64,000 nucleotides of DNA from the human T2T-CHM13v2.0 reference genome, Homo sapiens. Shown here piece after piece: positions 59,470 through 64,000 of this stretch (position 1 is the first letter of the stretch; every line of letters starts with the position of its first letter). The stretch lies in the NCBI RefSeq assembly GCF_009914755.1, contig NC_060947.1. One strand, given 5' to 3'. Position numbers and translations under genes: made by a program. The notes under the pieces were generated by a model that was given only the letters and a program-made list of their open reading frames with translations, ran no database searches and was not told where the DNA came from.

Positions 59470-59656
59470 AGTGGGTCTCAAACTTGAGCATGCCTCAGAA
59501 TCACTGGGAGGGGGGCTTATTAAAACAGATTGCTGCCCCACCCCAAAAGTGTCAGATTCAGCAGGTTTGGGGTGAGGCTCATGAATCTGCACTTCTAACA
59601 TGTTCCCAGATGATGCTGATCCTGCTGGTCCAGGGACTACACTTTGGAAACCACTG
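59470..59656. mobile_element. MER5A hAT MITE
   Basis: TIRs cagtgggtctcaaa / tttggaaaccactg, about 187 bp. Confidence 0.88.
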
Positions 59657-60019
59657 CTTTAGGGAAGAGAAGACGAAATGTAGACAGGAAACAAGTATGG
59701 GAAAAGCATGTGTTCACCACTTTGGCAATACTGAAGTGAAGGCATTATACCAAGTACAATATATATGTTTTAAACCACTAATTCTCAAAGTGATCTATAA
59801 GTTTGAGAAGCACTGTTGTAGACAAAAGCAATGCCTGGGAAGCTTGTGTTTCATAAGTAATATGTTCAAATGGAAACCCTTGCTAGTATAAAGAGACTGT
59901 GGGTACTGATTTGTATTGGGACGACCTAGCTTGTTCCAGTTTCATCCAGCTTTATTTGCTAACTCAATAGGATACCAAGAAAAGTTAGGTAGATTGCCAA
60001 ATGAAAATGGTGCTATCCT

Positions 60020-60230
60020 TTAGTTGAGTACTTACCAAGTATCAGTGCTTTATAAGGATTATCTAAGTTAATCTTCACAAGAACTACATGGCATAAGTAC
60101 TATCACTGTCTCCATTTTGAAGATGGGGAAACTGGGCTCAGAGAAGATAAGAAACTTGCTAATAGTTATTGTGGTAATGGCAAAGCTGGGATTTGAATTC
60201 GGTCTAACTGGAGCTCATGTACTTATTCTT
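60020..60230 (-). mobile_element. MIR
   Basis: ccattttgaagatggggaaactgggctcagaga. Confidence 0.82.
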
Positions 60231-60959
60231 AACCTTGAAGTTATATGGCCTTCCTGAATGTAAGGGCCTATTCAGGGTGGAGAGTATGAGGTGCACCCAG
60301 GTGTGGTACCTCACTGTGAGACTACCACTATTTGGCTACTATGAAATAGTAAAGCAAACACTCGTGAACCTGTCTTACTCCTGGTTTTACTGGAGCATAG
60401 GAAGCCTTACCACAGTAGGCAGTACAAAGCAGTCACCAGGAAAACAAAGCAAAAATCCCTCCAGCTTGAAGGATTTAGGTCAAACCTAAACAGTCTTTTA
60501 ATATTTAGAAGTTTTGTCCCTGAATTGGGTTACTGTAAGCAGTTATAGCCTCCACTTCTCTGGGGCCATTTGTTAATAAAAATAAGAGGGAGAAAGTGTG
60601 TAACTTTGTAACTTTTTTAGGTCTCTCACAACAGTGCTTTGCATAGGCCAGTTTAATATTTCCCGCTCAAATTCCTAACTCTTCATTATAAAGCAAGAAG
60701 TAGTTAGGGCCCTCCTGTAGCTCTCACTGACAAAATTTCTGGCCTCATTAGTTAGTTTAGTCAAAAGATATTTTTTCAATACTTACTATGTTTCAGACAC
60801 TGTTTTTGAAGCCCAGGATATGAGAGTGAACAAAATAAAGCCCTTGTACTCATGGAGTTTATATTCTAGGAAGAGGAGACAGACAACCAATTAAGTAAAC
60901 ATAATATATTAGGAAAGACAGGTATATGAAGAAAATTTAAGCAGTAATGTGGGAAGGGG

Positions 60960-61468
60960 CTGGGGGCAGGCAGAGTAATGGCCCCATAGAGGATTACATC
61001 CTAATCCCTGGACCTATAAATATGTTTTGTTGCATGGCAATGAGGAAGTAAGTTTGCAGATGGAATTTAGGCTACTAATCAGCTGCCCCCAAGATAAGGA
61101 GATCATCCGGGTTTATCCAAATGGCCTAATGTAATCATAAGGGTCCTTTAAATGTGGAAGAGGGAGGTAGGAGAGTCAGTGTCAGAATGACTTGCCATGA
61201 GAAAGACTCAATTTGCTGTTCTTTGTTTTGAAGATGGAGGCAGGGGGCCATGAGCCAAGAAATGTGAGCAGCCTAGAAGCTGGAAAAGGCAAGGAAACTG
61301 ATTCTTTCCTAGAGCCTCAAGAAAGAAACAGAGCCCTGCTGACGTCTGGATTTTAGCCCAGTGAAACCCACATCAGACTTCTGACATCAAGAACTATAAT
61401 ATAATAAATTTTTATTGTTTTAAGACACTAAGTTTGTGGTAATTTGTTAGAGAAGTAATAGGAAACTA
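60960..61468 (+). mobile_element. MLT1 (MaLR) LTR inserted in an antisense L2 that runs about 60765-63510
   Basis: catcctaatccctgga...gctggaaaaggcaaggaaac...aagtttgtggtaatttgtta. Confidence 0.85.
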
Positions 61469-61935
61469 TATTAATCAGGGTTCTCCAGAGAGGCCGAGAA
61501 ATCCAAAGATCTGCAGTCGGCAAGTTAAAGACCCAGGAGAGCCAATGATGTAGTTAAGTCTGAGTCCAACGGCCAGAGAACCAGGAGAACTGATAATATA
61601 AGTTCCAGTTCAAAAGCTGGCAGGCTTGAGACTCAGAAAGAACCAGTGTTTCAGTTCAAGTCTGAATGCAGGAAAAGACTGATGTCCTGGCTCAAGGCAG
61701 TCAGGCAGGAGAAGTTCCCTCTTACTAATGGGAGAGTCAGTCTTTTTGTTTATTCAGGCCTTCAACTGATTGGATGAGGCCTACCCACATTAGAGAGGGC
61801 AATTGCTTTACTCGGTCTACCCATTCAAATGTTAGTCTCATCTAAAAACACCCTGACAGACACACCTAAAATAATATTTCACTAAATATCTGGGCACCTT
61901 GCAGCCTAGTCAAGTCAACATGTAAAATTAACCAA
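61468..61935 (-). mobile_element. MLT2 LTR
   Basis: attaatcagggttctccagaga...aagtcaacatgtaaaattaacca. Confidence 0.82.
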
Positions 61936-62401
61936 GGATTTATTTAATTAGGGAGATCAGAGATAGCCTCTAACATGAGATGACATCTGAACAAAGAACT
62001 GAATAAAGTGTGAGAGAGAGCCATGTGTATAGCACGTTAAAAAAAAAGACATTTTAGGCAGAGAAAACAGCAAGTACAAAGTCCCTGATGTGGGAGGGTT
62101 CTCGGAATATTAGAGAGGCAGCAGCAAGGCCAATGTGGCAGGACTGGAGGCAAGAGTGGTAAGAAGAATAGGAGACTGAGGTGAGGAATTAGATAAAGAT
62201 GGGGTGGAAGAGAAGACTGTGTAGGGCCCTGTAAGCCATTGTAAGGATGTTTGTGTTTACTACCAGTAAGATGGGAAAGCCACTAGAAAGTTTTGAGCAG
62301 AGGGGTGATGTGATCAGACTTACTTTTTAAAAAAGATCACAGCTAAAGAATAGACAATTTGGAGATAAGAGTAAAAGCAGGGAGACCAGTGAAGAAGCCA
62401 C

Positions 62402-63082
62402 TGTGATACGTAATATTAGGTATCAACTTGACTGGATTGAGGGATGCCTAGATACCTGGTAAAGTATTGTTTCTGGGTGTGTCTGTAAGGGTGTTGCCAG
62501 GGGAGATTGACACTTGAGTCAGTGGACTGGGAGAGGAAGACACCTTCATTGTGGGTGGGCACCATCCAGTCAGCTGCCAGTACTGCTGGAACAAAGCAGG
62601 CGGAAGAAGGGGGATAAAAGCAGCTTGTTTACTGAGTCTGCTTGTTCTTTCTTCACATGCTATGCCCGATGCTTGGCTTCCTTTCCTTCTGCCCTGGGAC
62701 ATCAGACTCCAGGTTCTTTGGCCTTTAGACTCTAGAACTTGCACCAGCAGCTTCCCAGGGGCTCTTGGCCCTTTGGCCTCAGGCTGAGGGCTGCATTGTC
62801 AGCTTCCCTGGTTTTGAGGCTTTCAGACTTAGACTGAGCCATGCTACTGGCTTCTCTCTTTCCCCACCTTGCAGATGGCCTATTGTGGGGCTTCACCTTG
62901 TAACTGTGTGAGCCAATTTTCCCTAACGTGCTCCCCCGTGTATGTGGGGAGCATATATACACACATGAGGGAGCACATGTGTGTGTGTATACGCATACAC
63001 ACATATACACAGGGGAGTACATGTGTATATGTGTGTGTATCTCCTGTTGTTTCTGTCCCTCTGGAGAACCTTGACTAATACA
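62402..63082 (+). mobile_element. MLT2 (A/B-type) solo LTR
   Basis: tgtgat..tcaacttgactggattgagggatgcc...ctggagaaccttgactaataca. Confidence 0.88.
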
Positions 63083-63624
63083 ACTATTAAAGTAATAAGT
63101 GAGAGATGATGGTGACTTGGCTTGGGTTAGAATGGTACCAGAGGAAGTGATGAGAAATGGTAGGATTCTTGCTAAGTTTCTAATGTCAGGCCAACAGGGT
63201 TTCTTAATGAAGTGTGTAGGAGAAAGAGGAATCAGATAACTTCAAAGTTTTTGGCTTGAGCAACTGGATTAATGAAGCTGCCTGAAACTGAGAATGTTGA
63301 GGGAGAACCTGGCTTGAAGAAGAAAACAAGGGTTGGGAGTTTTGCACATGGTATGGTAAGCTTGAGATACCTGTAATACACAAATGGAGTTGCTGAGTAT
63401 GAGTATGAATATGAGTATGATGCATAAGTGTCAAACTCAGAGGAGAGGTTGAGCTACAGATTCAAATTTCATTTTGACATTGGATGAGATCAACTCAATG
63501 GCAAGTGTAGATAAAGAAAATAATTAAGTAATTATTTAAAATTTATAAAGAAAGGAGGAAATAGCTTGCCACAAGCATTAGAATAGATAGCTGATGTTGT
63601 AGAATCTCAGACTCTTGTATATAT

Positions 63625-63998
63625 ACGGTCGTGCGCCACATAATGACATTTTGGTTAATGACAGACCACATATATGATGGAAGCTTCATAATATTATAAT
63701 GGAGCTGAAAAATTCCTATTGCCTAGTAGCATTGTAGCCATCTAACATTGTAGCATGACACATTACCTTTTCTATATTTAGATACACAAATGCCATTGTG
63801 TTACAATTGCCTACAGTATTCAGTACAGTCACATGCTGTACAGGTTTGTAGCCTAGGGGTGATAGGCTATATTATATAGTCTAGGTGTATACTAGGCTAT
63901 ACCACCTAGGTTTGTGTACGTATACTCTATGATGTTTGCACAATAACAGAATTGTCTAACGATCCATTTCCCAGAACATATCATCATTAAGCAATGCA
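63625..63998 (+). mobile_element. Tigger3a-like DNA transposon MITE
   Basis: tacggtcgtgcgccacataatgac...ataatggagctgaaaaattcctattgcctag...cattaagcaatgca. Confidence 0.82.
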
Positions 63999-64000
63999 AA

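Noticed and set aside
62929-63040. Small hairpins and CA/TG repeats
   Set aside because: They fall in the known variable microsatellite segment of MLT2 LTRs.

Overview
Primate (hominoid, most likely human) genomic DNA, not prokaryotic. One protein-coding gene is present: RRAGB (Rag B GTPase, mTORC1 amino-acid sensing) on the + strand. It has 11 coding exons from ATG 17505 to TAA 57521, all introns GT-AG, giving 1125 nt = 374 aa with cassette exon 4 and 346 aa without it. A CpG-rich promoter lies at about 16.7-17.4 kb and AATAAA at 57931. Almost everything else is transposon-derived. Upstream: a full-length dead L1PA nested in a MER41-type ERV1, plus MER4 and LTR8 solo LTRs. Intron 6 (19.5 kb): an old antisense L1, HSMAR1, and an ERV-L provirus holding a full-length sense SVA. 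The best candidates for unexplained biology concern RRAGB splicing and regulation: (1) the 28-aa long-isoform exon looks like an exonised L2 tail; (2) the exon 2 and exon 6 donors are each locally duplicated, and the exon 2 copy is in frame; (3) splicing exon 1 to exon 2 regenerates the same 5' splice site; (4) a CLEAR/E-box cluster and uORFs sit at the 5' end; (5) intron 6 has a 140-nt fold-back hairpin. I found no wholly new multi-gene system. Repeat subfamily names come from recalled consensus sequences, not from a database search.
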